This document shows positions 28,719 through 38,059 of a stretch of 64,000 nucleotides of DNA, piece after piece (within the stretch, counting starts at the first letter, position 1; each line of letters starts with the position of its first letter). Location: contig JBILLK010000003.1 of the NCBI GenBank assembly GCA_044376115.1, forward strand, positions 128,001 to 192,000. Reading direction: 5' to 3'. The position numbers and the translations under genes are program-made. This stretch comes from Polyangiaceae bacterium. Its GTDB lineage: Bacteria > Myxococcota_A > Polyangia > Polyangiales > Polyangiaceae. The notes below the pieces were generated by a model that made no database searches, was not told the DNA's origin, and was given only the letters and a program-made list of their open reading frames with translations.

Positions 28719-29891
28719 ATGGCTCAAATCGATCGAGAGAAGTTGGTGGCTGATGTAGATGCGCTGTCAGCGACGCTCAAGAAGCTGGCTGTGCTCATCC
28801 ATGAGCAGCCAGAGCTGCGCTTTCAAGAGCACAAAGCTTGCGGCTGGCTTTCTGCGGCGGCGCTCGATGAAGGGGCCGCGGTAGAACAGAACTACAAGGG
28901 CCTAGAGACCAGCTTTCGTGCGCAGACTCAGGGCGGCGGTGCCGCGCGGGTTGCGATCCTGGCCGAATACGATGCTTTGCCAGAGATCGGGCATGCCTGT
29001 GGGCATAATCTGATTGCTACAGGAGCACTTGGAGCATTCCTGGCACTGCATCGCCAACAAGCCAACCTTCCCGGCGTCGTCGAGTTACTGGGTACTCCAG
29101 CCGAGGAGGGGGGAGGTGGCAAAATCATGCTGCTTGAACGTGGGGCCTTCACCGGTGTGGATGCGGCGCTGATGTTTCATCCTTTTGACCGTGATCTTCT
29201 CACCCACCCGACTCTCGCTAATACCTATCTAACGTTCGAGTTTTTGGGCCGCCCATCCCATGCAGCGATTGCTCCGTGGGATGGAGCTAGCGCATTGACG
29301 GCTGCGATGGACACGTTTCGCTTGATTGATTCGCAGCGGATCCATTTGCGCGACGGGGTGCGAGTCCACGGCTTCATGACGAATGGCGGCCAGGCGGTAA
29401 ACATTATACCGGAGACGGCCGCGTGCGAGTTCTCCGTACGAGCGTTCACTGCGTCGGAAATGGACCGAGCTCGAGTGGTGGTAGAGCGTTGCGCTCGGGC
29501 GGCTGCGCTGGCCTCAGACGTGGAATTGAAAGTCACGGTACGGCGTGGATATCGCGATATGCGCAACAATGAGACCCTTGCCAAGCGCTTTGGTGTTCAC
29601 CTTGAAAGCCTAGGTCGAGCCCCCAAGTTCCGCGACGCAACGGTGGGCGCCGGCTCCACCGATATGGGGGATGTCTCCCATGCTGTACCGTCGATTCACA
29701 GCTGGTTAGCCATTTGTGATCAAGACCAGACCACTTGCCATCAGCGCGAGTTTGCTAACTGCGCGAGGAGCGAGCGTGGCCTTGAAGCAATGCTCGTCGC
29801 GGCGAAGAGCCTTGCGCTATTGGCGGCCGATGTGTTGGAAGACGGCGAGCTACGGCAATCCGCCTTCGCAGAGTTTCAACAGTCACGCTGA
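28719..29891 (+). CDS. M20 family amidohydrolase (M20D, ACY1L2-like)
   Basis: H..PEL.F.E, EYDALP.IGHACGHN, GTPAEEGGGGK, GSTDMG.VS. Confidence 0.92.
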   Translation: MAQIDREKLVADVDALSATLKKLAVLIHEQPELRFQEHKACGWLSAAALDEGAAVEQNYKGLETSFRAQTQGGGAARVAILAEYDALPEIGHACGHNLIATGALGAFLALHRQQANLPGVVELLGTPAEEGGGGKIMLLERGAFTGVDAALMFHPFDRDLLTHPTLANTYLTFEFLGRPSHAAIAPWDGASALTAAMDTFRLIDSQRIHLRDGVRVHGFMTNGGQAVNIIPETAACEFSVRAFTASEMDRARVVVERCARAAALASDVELKVTVRRGYRDMRNNETLAKRFGVHLESLGRAPKFRDATVGAGSTDMGDVSHAVPSIHSWLAICDQDQTTCHQREFANCARSERGLEAMLVAAKSLALLAADVLEDGELRQSAFAEFQQSR

Positions 29892-30778
29892 TGGACCTAG
29901 CGAAGGTCTCGACGTCGATTGTGACGCTCATGCTGGTCATCCTCCTTGGAGGAGGCGCAGCCTATTGGGCGGGAGCCGGTGGTGCAAAACTGCTGGGCTT
30001 GCCGCTGGTTACCCTTTGCGCCGCGCTGGCGTTTACAATTCAATGGCTAGCCTACGTGCCAGCCTTCATAAAGCGGACAGAGAAGTTTTATGATTTAGTC
30101 GGTAGTGTAACCTACTTGTCCGTGGTGGCCTTGGCACTGCTCACGACGGCACTGCAAGGCGTGGCAACCGTCCGCTCGTACATTTTGGCGGCCGCGGTCG
30201 CAGTCTGGGCGATTCGCCTTGGGAGCTTCCTCTTCGCGCGAGTAAAGCGTGTCGGCCGAGATGACCGCTTTACGTCGATAAAGCAATCGTGGCATCGATT
30301 CTTGGTCGCGTGGACTCTCCAGGGGCTTTGGGTCTTTTTGACCTGTATTGCGGTCCTCCTGATGATCGCGCGCCCGAGCGCAGTTGCAGTGAATACTTGG
30401 GATATCGTAGGAGGTGCACTTTGGATACTCGGGTTTGGGATCGAGATCATAGCCGACCGGCAGAAGGCCGCGTTTGCCAAACAAGCTAAGCATCAAGGCC
30501 AATTCATTACTGTGGGGCTTTGGTCGTGGAGCCGCCATCCGAATTACGCAGGGGAGATCCTGCTATGGGTGGGGCTGTTTCTCGTGGGTCTCCCGAGTTA
30601 TCGAGGAGCAGAGTGGCTGGCGATTGCATCTCCGCTATTCGTTTGGTGCTTACTGCGATTTATCAGTGGTGTCCCAATCCTCGAGCAGCGAGCCGACGCT
30701 CGCTGGGGTGGGCAACCCGCGTATGAAGAATACAAGTCAAGAACCTCGCTTTTGTGGTTGAGGCCACCGCGTCGTTGA
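29891..30778 (+). CDS. DUF1295 membrane protein (steroid 5-alpha-reductase-like)
   Basis: 'EKFYDL.GS', 'W..RLG.FL..R', 'E..AD.QK', 'GLW.WSRHPNY.GE', 'SG.P.LE'. Confidence 0.9.
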   Translation: MDLAKVSTSIVTLMLVILLGGGAAYWAGAGGAKLLGLPLVTLCAALAFTIQWLAYVPAFIKRTEKFYDLVGSVTYLSVVALALLTTALQGVATVRSYILAAAVAVWAIRLGSFLFARVKRVGRDDRFTSIKQSWHRFLVAWTLQGLWVFLTCIAVLLMIARPSAVAVNTWDIVGGALWILGFGIEIIADRQKAAFAKQAKHQGQFITVGLWSWSRHPNYAGEILLWVGLFLVGLPSYRGAEWLAIASPLFVWCLLRFISGVPILEQRADARWGGQPAYEEYKSRTSLLWLRPPRR

Positions 30779-30791
30779 GATTGGCATCGCG

Positions 30792-30821
30792 TTGCTTTCC
30801 AGTGGGCAGCAGGGCTAGTCT
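30792..30821 (+). promoter_or_regulatory. sigma70-like promoter TTGCTT-N18-TAGTCT, with ATG 6 nt downstream
   Basis: Both hexamers visible; leaderless spacing to 30828. Confidence 0.45.
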
Positions 30822-30827
30822 CCGCGC

Positions 30828-31712
30828 ATGGTTTGGCGGTCGCTCCTGTTGTTGATGCTCTCGGCCTGCTCGCTGGCGATCGACGTCGAAGCTGATCAGT
30901 GTGACTCGGCTGCGGCCTGCCAAGCGCTCGGTTTGGGTGGTGCGTGTCAGCAGGGCGTCTGCGTGGCTTCAGAAGGTGGCTCCGGTGGTTTTGGCGGCAC
31001 TGGCGGTGGTTCGGGAGGGGCGGATCCCCTGTGGGGCTGTCTAGGTAAGGTTGAGTTTCCAGAGGTTGACCCCGCCAAAATCGTAACTCGAACTGTGACG
31101 TTTCGAGGTGTGGGCAACTCCGTGCCTGAGGTCAGTGAGCTATTGTTCTGTGATGTCCTCGACTTGACCTGTGTCGATGGCGAGTTGATCATGGTCGAGG
31201 CAGGTGAAGATGCTGCCGGGGAGTTCCTGCTCGCTGCGATTAGCGGCCCCGAGGGCTCCAACGGGTTTTTACAGATAACGGGCCCGGCGCTGAAGCCCAC
31301 CTTGTTGTACCCAGGCCCTGCCTTCGCCGGATCGGTTACAGAAAACGCACCTGTAACCTTGATTGAGGAGGCGCTGTATGACGGTTTGGTGATGGGGGCC
31401 GGCTTTGAAGAACTGCCTGCGCACGGTACGCTCTTGGCGCTCCTCACTGATTGCCAAGGTGAGCCGGCTGCTGGGGTAACGATTTCGAGCCCGCAGCAAG
31501 ATGCTTCGTCGCGGCCATTTTACTACTTTAATGAACTGCCGAGTCCGGACCCTACGGCAACGGCTGCAGATGGCTTCTCGGGCATCCTCAATCTGCCGAC
31601 CGGTACGATCACGGCTGAGTCCTTCAATCCAGAAGGCGTTTCGATTGGCAGAGTCTCAGTGCAGATACGTGAGTCGTGGCTTACGTTTACAACGATTGAG
31701 CCGACTCCATGA
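30828..31712 (+). CDS. hypothetical lipoprotein (Cys knot, Gly linker, beta-sandwich-like domain)
   Basis: LSAC lipobox, 'QCDSAAAC...ACQQGVC', 'DPLWGCLG'; ATGA overlap with the kinase. Confidence 0.75.
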   Translation: MVWRSLLLLMLSACSLAIDVEADQCDSAAACQALGLGGACQQGVCVASEGGSGGFGGTGGGSGGADPLWGCLGKVEFPEVDPAKIVTRTVTFRGVGNSVPEVSELLFCDVLDLTCVDGELIMVEAGEDAAGEFLLAAISGPEGSNGFLQITGPALKPTLLYPGPAFAGSVTENAPVTLIEEALYDGLVMGAGFEELPAHGTLLALLTDCQGEPAAGVTISSPQQDASSRPFYYFNELPSPDPTATAADGFSGILNLPTGTITAESFNPEGVSIGRVSVQIRESWLTFTTIEPTP

Positions 31713-33340
31713 GCGACAAGATTGGTAAGTACCGTGTCATCGCCAAGCTGGGTCAAGGCGGAATGGCTCGGGTGTTGCTAACCGTTGCAGCAGGCAAAGC
31801 GGGCTTTGAGAAGCTCTTGGTGGTCAAGGAGCTGCGTGAAGAGCTAGCCGGGGATCCAGAATTCCTAACGATGTTTCTGGATGAGGCTCGGTTGGCAGCG
31901 CGTCTCAATCACGCCAATGTCGTGCAGACCTATGAAGTGGGCCAGGATGGGGACCGCCACTTCATTGCAATGGACTACCTCGAAGGGCAGTCGCTCGTCG
32001 CTTTGCAGGTAGCGGTAGGTCGCAGCAAACTGCCGATCGATTTGCAGGTGCGGGTTCTCAGTGACATGTTGTCTGGCCTCCACTACGCGCATACCCTGTG
32101 CGATTACGACGGAACCCCGCTTTGTGTGGTTCACCGAGATGTAAGTCCGCATAACGTGTTTATTACGTACGACGGGCAAGTGAGAGTCCTAGACTTCGGG
32201 ATCGCGAAGGTGATAGGAGCGTCTGCGCGTACGCGCACCGGGGTTTACAAGGGTAAGCCTGCCTATATGGCTCCGGAGCAGGTACAGACTCAGCCAGTCG
32301 ATGCTCGAGCCGACGTATTCTCTGCCGGGGTGATGCTTTGGGAAGCCCTCGCTGGAAGGCGTTTCGCCGTTGGCAATGAGTTAGCGGTCCTATCGTCTCG
32401 GGTGCTGGGCACCGAGAACTCGATTCGAGCGGTCGCGCCAAATGCTCCACCGGCGTTGCTCGAGGTATGTGAGAAAGCAATGGCACTGTCCCCAGCCTCT
32501 CGGTTCGAGAGTGCGGGTGCTATGCGCGATGCGCTGGAGAGCTGGCTTGATGCTCGTGAGAGCCGAGTCGGTGCCAAGGAGCTGGGGTCCTACCTCGGCG
32601 AGGTATTTGGGGCTGAGCGAGCGTCCATGCGAGCTCGCATTGATGAGCAGCTGCGGCTTGTGCGAAGTAGCGAAGAGGTGTCCGTCATTGAACTCACACG
32701 AGTAACAAGCTCGTCTGGTGCCGGTACGCCTGCCTCGAGTCGCCAAAGCGACCTCGCCGGGGCCGACGAGGTTGGTACGGTGGCCAAAGCAACCGTTAGT
32801 ACCAATCACACGCGACTTCCGCGGCGCTCGCTAATCCCAATCGTCCTTGGGGCTGCCGCTACTCTCCTCGTCGTTGGTATCGTTGTCTTACGACCCCAAT
32901 CATCGGGCACGGCCGTTACGAGTGCAACTTCGTCTGCCGTTGTGTCTAACGACATTGACGTAGACATTCGTGTTCATCCAGCGGCTGCCCAGCTTCTGAT
33001 CGATAACGTACAGCTGCAGGGGAATCCCTTTCACGGGAGGCTGCCGAAGGACGGTAAGGTTCACGAACTGGAGTGCCGGCTCGAGGGCTACGTAACATTG
33101 AAGCGTAAAATCGTATACGATAGGGATTTTCGCATTGAGCTAGAGCTGCAGCCAGCGCTCGTCCCTGCGGCAAGTTTGCAACAGCCGTCGAGTTCGAGCT
33201 CCCCTCCAACTTCGACTCCAACTTCTACATCCGCTACTGCGAAGTCTCAGGCGGATAAGCCTCACGCTCCGAGCGGCGCACCCAAGCCGACTTCGACCTT
33301 GGAACACCCTCTGGACGAAAGTAATCCATACGCCAAATGA
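31709..33340 (+). CDS. membrane Ser/Thr protein kinase with PEGA-like domain and NPY tail
   Basis: GQGGMA, VVK, HRDVSPHN, DFG, GKPAYMAPE; TM segment LIPIVLGAAATLLVVGIVVL; ends LDESNPYAK. Confidence 0.93.
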   Translation: MSDKIGKYRVIAKLGQGGMARVLLTVAAGKAGFEKLLVVKELREELAGDPEFLTMFLDEARLAARLNHANVVQTYEVGQDGDRHFIAMDYLEGQSLVALQVAVGRSKLPIDLQVRVLSDMLSGLHYAHTLCDYDGTPLCVVHRDVSPHNVFITYDGQVRVLDFGIAKVIGASARTRTGVYKGKPAYMAPEQVQTQPVDARADVFSAGVMLWEALAGRRFAVGNELAVLSSRVLGTENSIRAVAPNAPPALLEVCEKAMALSPASRFESAGAMRDALESWLDARESRVGAKELGSYLGEVFGAERASMRARIDEQLRLVRSSEEVSVIELTRVTSSSGAGTPASSRQSDLAGADEVGTVAKATVSTNHTRLPRRSLIPIVLGAAATLLVVGIVVLRPQSSGTAVTSATSSAVVSNDIDVDIRVHPAAAQLLIDNVQLQGNPFHGRLPKDGKVHELECRLEGYVTLKRKIVYDRDFRIELELQPALVPAASLQQPSSSSSPPTSTPTSTSATAKSQADKPHAPSGAPKPTSTLEHPLDESNPYAK

Positions 33341-34347
33341 GCCAGTCCAATACGCTAGTCGGGTTTCGGGCCATTGCTGCGATGTTGTTGGTCTTGGGTG
33401 TTGGCAACCCCGAGTACGCCCTCGCGGCCGAACCCCCTGCCGAGATAAAAGAAGAGGCGAGCGCGCGGTTTCAGAAGGGCCTGGAGTTCTCCAAGGATGG
33501 GCAACATCGCGCTGCCTTGCTCGAGTTCAAGAGGGCCTATGAACTTGTCCCGAGTTGGCAGGTTCTCTACAACCTCGGCCAGGCCAGCCGCGAACTGAAG
33601 GACCACGCCAGCGCGCTCGGGTGGTACGAACGCTACCTCGTGGAAGGGGGGAGTGGCATACCACCCAAGCGGAAGAAAGAAGTTGAGCGAGCGGTTGCGG
33701 AGCTGCGCCCTAAAGTGGCAAGCCTGCGCGTATCAACGAGCACCGCGGGCGCGGAGGTGTTGGTGGATGACTTGCCAATGGGTGTTACGCCGCTCGCTCA
33801 GCCCCTTCGCGTGAACGCTGGGCGACTGAAGCTGACCGTTACGTTGAAAGGCTACCTCCCGGTACAGCGTATCGTGGAGGTGGCGGGAGCCGAGGAGCAG
33901 GAACTCTCGCTAGAGCTGGTTCCTTTGAATCCAACTCCTGCGGCGTCGGAGTCGCCAACCCTGGCGCCAGCCGTTGCAACGCTAGAGCAGCGGCCACCTT
34001 CACCGCCGCCCGCAGAGAGAGACTCGTTGGGGCCGTGGCCATGGCTAATGGTTGGCACGACCGGCGCGCTCGGTGTCACCACGGCCATTCTGGGCGCTAG
34101 AGCGTTAGGCCTCCAAAGCGACTATGAACAAGAGCTTCAATTGCGTACGACCCGTACTGAGCTCGACGATCTCCGAAGCAGCGCAAAGAGTTTTGCCCTC
34201 GCCACCGATGTCGTTGCCGGGGTAACTGCTGCGGCTGCCATCACAAGCATCGTTCTAGTCGTTATTGATGTAAGTGGTGGAGCTAGTTCAAGCGAGGTTA
34301 AGGTGCAGGCTGGTCCTACCTATATGTCGCTGAGCGCTATGTTCTGA
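33337..34347 (+). CDS. exported TPR + PEGA domain protein with C-terminal hydrophobic hairpin
   Basis: 'ARFQKG...AALLEFKRAYELVP..QVLYNLG', PEGA 'GAEVLVD...GVTPL..PL.V.AG', terminal Phe; ATGA overlap. Confidence 0.85.
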   Translation: MSQSNTLVGFRAIAAMLLVLGVGNPEYALAAEPPAEIKEEASARFQKGLEFSKDGQHRAALLEFKRAYELVPSWQVLYNLGQASRELKDHASALGWYERYLVEGGSGIPPKRKKEVERAVAELRPKVASLRVSTSTAGAEVLVDDLPMGVTPLAQPLRVNAGRLKLTVTLKGYLPVQRIVEVAGAEEQELSLELVPLNPTPAASESPTLAPAVATLEQRPPSPPPAERDSLGPWPWLMVGTTGALGVTTAILGARALGLQSDYEQELQLRTTRTELDDLRSSAKSFALATDVVAGVTAAAAITSIVLVVIDVSGGASSSEVKVQAGPTYMSLSAMF

Positions 34348-34476
34348 CATCCACTGGTGGATACCGAGTTTGGTGCCTCAGCCAGGGCACGGACACGAGC
34401 GACGGTCTGCATGCGAAAGTGGTCCGGCAGGGGGCCAGTGATTGCATCCTAGTCGCTGCTCTGCCATTCCTCGGTC

Positions 34477-34968
34477 ATGTCGCGGGTTTTGATCCTGTTT
34501 TCGAGCATGCTTTGCGCCGGCTGTACGACGTTGATGTCGAGTCCTGACTACGCTGGCGGCGCTTTGGCAGAGGAGGCTCCTCAACGTATGGCTCGAGAGG
34601 AACGCACCCTTCGCTCGCAAAACGAGTCTGCGGTCAATGAACCACGCTCGATTGGTGCCAAGCACGTGCTTGTGATGCACAGCGGCTCCGAACGAAAGCC
34701 GCCGGAGATCACGCGATCGCGAGCGGAGGCGCGAACCCGTGCGGAGGAAGCGCTCGCGAAGGCGAAAGCCGGGCAAAAGTTCGACGATCTGGTCGTCGAG
34801 TATAGTGACGAGCCGGGAGCAGAGGATCGCGCCGGGGACCTTGGGGTATTCACCAAGAAGGAGATGGTGAAGGCCTTCTCTGATGCGGCGTTCAAGCTGA
34901 AAGTCGGCGAGACGAGCGAGATTGTGGAAACGCCCTTTGGATTTCATATCATTCAACGGACGGAGTGA
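34477..34968 (+). CDS. parvulin-type peptidyl-prolyl isomerase, lipoprotein
   Basis: CAGC lipobox, 'AKHVLV.H', 'YSD', 'GDLG.F....MV..F..AAF.L..G..S..VET.FGFHII'. Confidence 0.92.
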   Translation: MSRVLILFSSMLCAGCTTLMSSPDYAGGALAEEAPQRMAREERTLRSQNESAVNEPRSIGAKHVLVMHSGSERKPPEITRSRAEARTRAEEALAKAKAGQKFDDLVVEYSDEPGAEDRAGDLGVFTKKEMVKAFSDAAFKLKVGETSEIVETPFGFHIIQRTE

Positions 34969-35870
34969 TCATGCAGGTTCGTTCGCTTTTGACGGTGGGA
35001 CTCGTGACGCTGGGGATGGCCTGCGGTGACTCCGCAAGTAGCGGTGGCGGGCAAGGGGGCGCGGGTGGCGACGGGGGCACAGGCGGCGCAGGTGGCGCAG
35101 GCGGCGCAAATGCCACTCCCCAGGCAGTTCAGGACGCGATCGATCTTTGTTACGTCTCGCTGCACGGGGACGTCTCTCAGCGTCAGGCGGGGCTTGATGC
35201 GCTTCATGAGGCAACCGCGGCCTACCCCGAGGAGGGGCGCGGATTTCTCTTTTTGGGAATGTGCTCGCTGGCTGCGCTGGCAGAGGACAACAACATCAGC
35301 GTACTCAAAGACATTGAGCCAGCGCTCGAGCGCGCGATCGAGCTGCTCCCAGAGGATCGACGGATTCCTGGCTGGCTAGCGACTGTCCGGGTGCAAACCG
35401 CGCTCGTACTCAATGACGAGGCAGGCCTGGCCGCCGCGATCGATGAGATGATCGCTGCCTCGGACCTCTACCCCGAGTTCAACAACGTCTCGCTAGCGAT
35501 CGCATTTTCTCAGTTTCCACTCGATACACCGTATCCCCAAATGGCAGTCGACCGGCTCGAGGCCATCAAGGACTGCGGAGAGTCCGACGAGAAGTGTCGC
35601 GATAATGAAGCCGCACCCCACAACGTTCCGGGGTCAGTCATGCTTTTCGGTGACGTTTACGCTCGAGTTGGCGATGGTGCCACCGCGCGCGCGTACTACG
35701 AGCAGGCTTTGACTCAGCCTTCCTCCGCTACGTGGACCTACGCACAAGACGCGCAAGCCCTCATCGACGGTCTGGATGCCCGGGTGGCAGCGTGGACTGA
35801 TGCGGATTCCGCCAACGATCCGGCGTTTTTTCTCTCAGGTGAGCGCACCTGCCGAAGTTGTCACCAGTGA
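34968..35870 (+). CDS. helical TPR-like lipoprotein with C-terminal CxxCH motif
   Basis: GMAC lipobox, Gly linker, TPR-like helices, ends TCRSCHQ. Start within 34965-34971, overlapping the parvulin stop. Confidence 0.75.
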   Translation: MMQVRSLLTVGLVTLGMACGDSASSGGGQGGAGGDGGTGGAGGAGGANATPQAVQDAIDLCYVSLHGDVSQRQAGLDALHEATAAYPEEGRGFLFLGMCSLAALAEDNNISVLKDIEPALERAIELLPEDRRIPGWLATVRVQTALVLNDEAGLAAAIDEMIAASDLYPEFNNVSLAIAFSQFPLDTPYPQMAVDRLEAIKDCGESDEKCRDNEAAPHNVPGSVMLFGDVYARVGDGATARAYYEQALTQPSSATWTYAQDAQALIDGLDARVAAWTDADSANDPAFFLSGERTCRSCHQ

Positions 35871-35909
35871 GCTTTCAACGCTGAGTGGAGAAAGCTCACT
35901 GCCGACGTC

Positions 35910-37049
35910 CTAACTATGAGTGGGGGCTTTGGGGTGGTTGAGCAACTCTTTGCGTTGCTCAGCCAGGTGCCACGGTAGTTGCTCGTACACGTCGTCAAAA
36001 ATGGTCTCGCGAGCGGGGGCTTCGTACTTCTCAACCACGGTGATGGCCTCGCCGATTTCGACGTTGAGCTCCTTTTCGAGCTCTTCCTCTCGGCTGTCAT
36101 TCCACAGTCCACGCTTTGTTAGGTGGAGTTGAAGGCGCTTCTTAGGGTCTTTGGCAATCCACTCATCGACCTCCTCTTGTGACCGATAACGAGTGGGGTC
36201 ATCACTCGAGGAGTGCGCCCCAATGCGATACGTCACACATTCGATGAAGCTAGGTCCTTCGCCGGCACGCGCAGCGTCCACACAGCGCTTGATGGTGTCG
36301 TAGACGGCTAACACGTCATTCCCGTCAACGCGGTACGACGGAACACCGTAGGCGCGCCCTTTGACGGCGAAGGTTGAACTAGCCGTCTGTTTGGACGCGG
36401 GGACGCTGATCGCCCAGTGGTTGTTCTGGCAGATCGTCACGCAAGGAACGCGGTAGACGGCTGCGAAGTTGAGTGCGTTGTGAAAATCGGGCTGGCTCGT
36501 CGCCCCGTCGCCCAAGAATCCTAAAACGACCGTCTTGTCGCCCTTGAGCTTGGAGGCCCAAGCTGCCCCCACTGCTTGAGGGAGCTGGGGCCCAATGCAG
36601 CTCGACCAGGAGACCTGATTGACCGCCCTTCCAGCCATGTGCGAAGGCTGCATGCGGCCTTTGAGCACGTCATGGGAGTTGCCGAAGATCTGCGCGATGT
36701 AGCGAGTCAGAGGAAAGCCGCGCACGAGCATGATCGAACTCTCGCGCAGCGCCTGAAAAACCCAGTCGTCCTTGGCGATAGCGAGGGCTGCCGCGATAGG
36801 CGTGGCTTCCTGTCCGGTGCAGGTTCCGTAGAAGCCAATACGACCTTGTCGTTGCAGCAACATCATCCGCGCATCGAGCACACGTAGGCGCTTGATCTCG
36901 CGGTATGCACGCAAGAGCACTTCCTCAGACGCCAGCGATGTGTACCCGTCCACAATCGACCCATCGTCGTTGAGAACGCGAAAGAGCCCTTCATCGGAAA
37001 GGCCGGCGATCGGTGCTGTCTCAAGCGTCATGTCTGCGGTCAATCCCAT
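35910..37049 (-). CDS. pdhA: 2-oxoacid dehydrogenase E1 alpha subunit (pyruvate/branched-chain type)
   Basis: 'QRQGRIGFY...GQEA', ThDP motif GDGATS...NN, 'YRIGAHSSSDDP..YR'. Substrate specificity cannot be resolved. Confidence 0.9.
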   Translation of the reverse strand: MGLTADMTLETAPIAGLSDEGLFRVLNDDGSIVDGYTSLASEEVLLRAYREIKRLRVLDARMMLLQRQGRIGFYGTCTGQEATPIAAALAIAKDDWVFQALRESSIMLVRGFPLTRYIAQIFGNSHDVLKGRMQPSHMAGRAVNQVSWSSCIGPQLPQAVGAAWASKLKGDKTVVLGFLGDGATSQPDFHNALNFAAVYRVPCVTICQNNHWAISVPASKQTASSTFAVKGRAYGVPSYRVDGNDVLAVYDTIKRCVDAARAGEGPSFIECVTYRIGAHSSSDDPTRYRSQEEVDEWIAKDPKKRLQLHLTKRGLWNDSREEELEKELNVEIGEAITVVEKYEAPARETIFDDVYEQLPWHLAEQRKELLNHPKAPTHS

Positions 37050-37085
37050 GGCTAGAAGTGTGAAGCAACCTTGCTCGCAGCCGGC

Positions 37086-38015
37086 TTATGGATGGCAGAA
37101 TCCAACGTTCGCAAAGCCGGTGTCGAGCGAGTTGGTGTCGCACAGTTGGCCGGCTGGGCAGCCGCCAAGGCCCGGCGGCATATTCGAATTTCCCTCACAC
37201 ATGTAGCGGCAAACGTCACCACCTCCGTCGTCAATGCAGATGCTGCTGTCGGCGCAGTCATTGAGGGCTACGCAAGGCTGACCTTCCGCTATCGCCGTAT
37301 CACCCGCTAGAGGAAAGCAACCGGTGACCCCTGGGTCATCCAGGTAGCAGTTTTCGTCGCTTGGGCAGGACTCAGGGTCAAACAGGTTGCACGCTTGAGG
37401 GAAGGTGCAGGCCTTGAAAACGACGTCCACCAACATGCCGTTTTCCATGACTTGAACGGGCATGCCGTTGGGGCCGTTCAAGGTGACGTTCAGGTTGCAA
37501 GACCCGCCGACGCACTGCGCTTCATTATCCGGGCAGCAGAACGGTGTGCAGTAGTCTCCGACGCACGTGAGATACGCCTCACAATCTTCGGGCTGTGAGC
37601 AGCTCTCACCGATTCCTTTGAGGCCGTTCTTGGTTATGCAGTTGGAGATAGGATTGTAGCCGGCCTCAGGGCCATCGACGATCTCGCACGTGTCCGTCTC
37701 CACGGGGCAGTCTTGTAAATAGAGGTCGCAATTACCTTTGGGTACGTTGTTGGTCGGCCTTGAGCAGGGCGCGGTGCCACCACCTTCGCCACCGCCCCCT
37801 GCGCTTGGCCCGCCGCCGGGTCCCGGGCCTGAGCCACCCTCGACGCCGCCCGTACCTCCGCCCATGCCACCCCCCGTGGTCGTCGAGCCACCGCCGCCCG
37901 GGCCAGGTCCGGAGCCGCCCGTATCGCTGCCACCTGTGGCCGTTGAACCAGAATCACCGCACGCGAGCAGGGCGATCAGGGGAAGGCAACTCACAGCAAG
38001 CTTCATTCGCAACAT
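37086..38015 (-). CDS. Cys-rich lipoprotein with Gly/Pro linker
   Basis: SD GAGAGG, LLAC lipobox, two similar Cys-rich modules (C.L....CP....C...G..C....DC....C). Confidence 0.78.
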   Translation of the reverse strand: MLRMKLAVSCLPLIALLACGDSGSTATGGSDTGGSGPGPGGGGSTTTGGGMGGGTGGVEGGSGPGPGGGPSAGGGGEGGGTAPCSRPTNNVPKGNCDLYLQDCPVETDTCEIVDGPEAGYNPISNCITKNGLKGIGESCSQPEDCEAYLTCVGDYCTPFCCPDNEAQCVGGSCNLNVTLNGPNGMPVQVMENGMLVDVVFKACTFPQACNLFDPESCPSDENCYLDDPGVTGCFPLAGDTAIAEGQPCVALNDCADSSICIDDGGGDVCRYMCEGNSNMPPGLGGCPAGQLCDTNSLDTGFANVGFCHP

Positions 38016-38059
38016 GGGCACCTCTCGAAATAACGTTAAGACCAAGCCCGATCCTAGCA

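Noticed and set aside
34381..34440. Resemblance to SRP RNA or a c-di-GMP-I riboswitch
   Set aside because: Only fragments match; the conserved CAGG/AGCA loop and the riboswitch core are missing.
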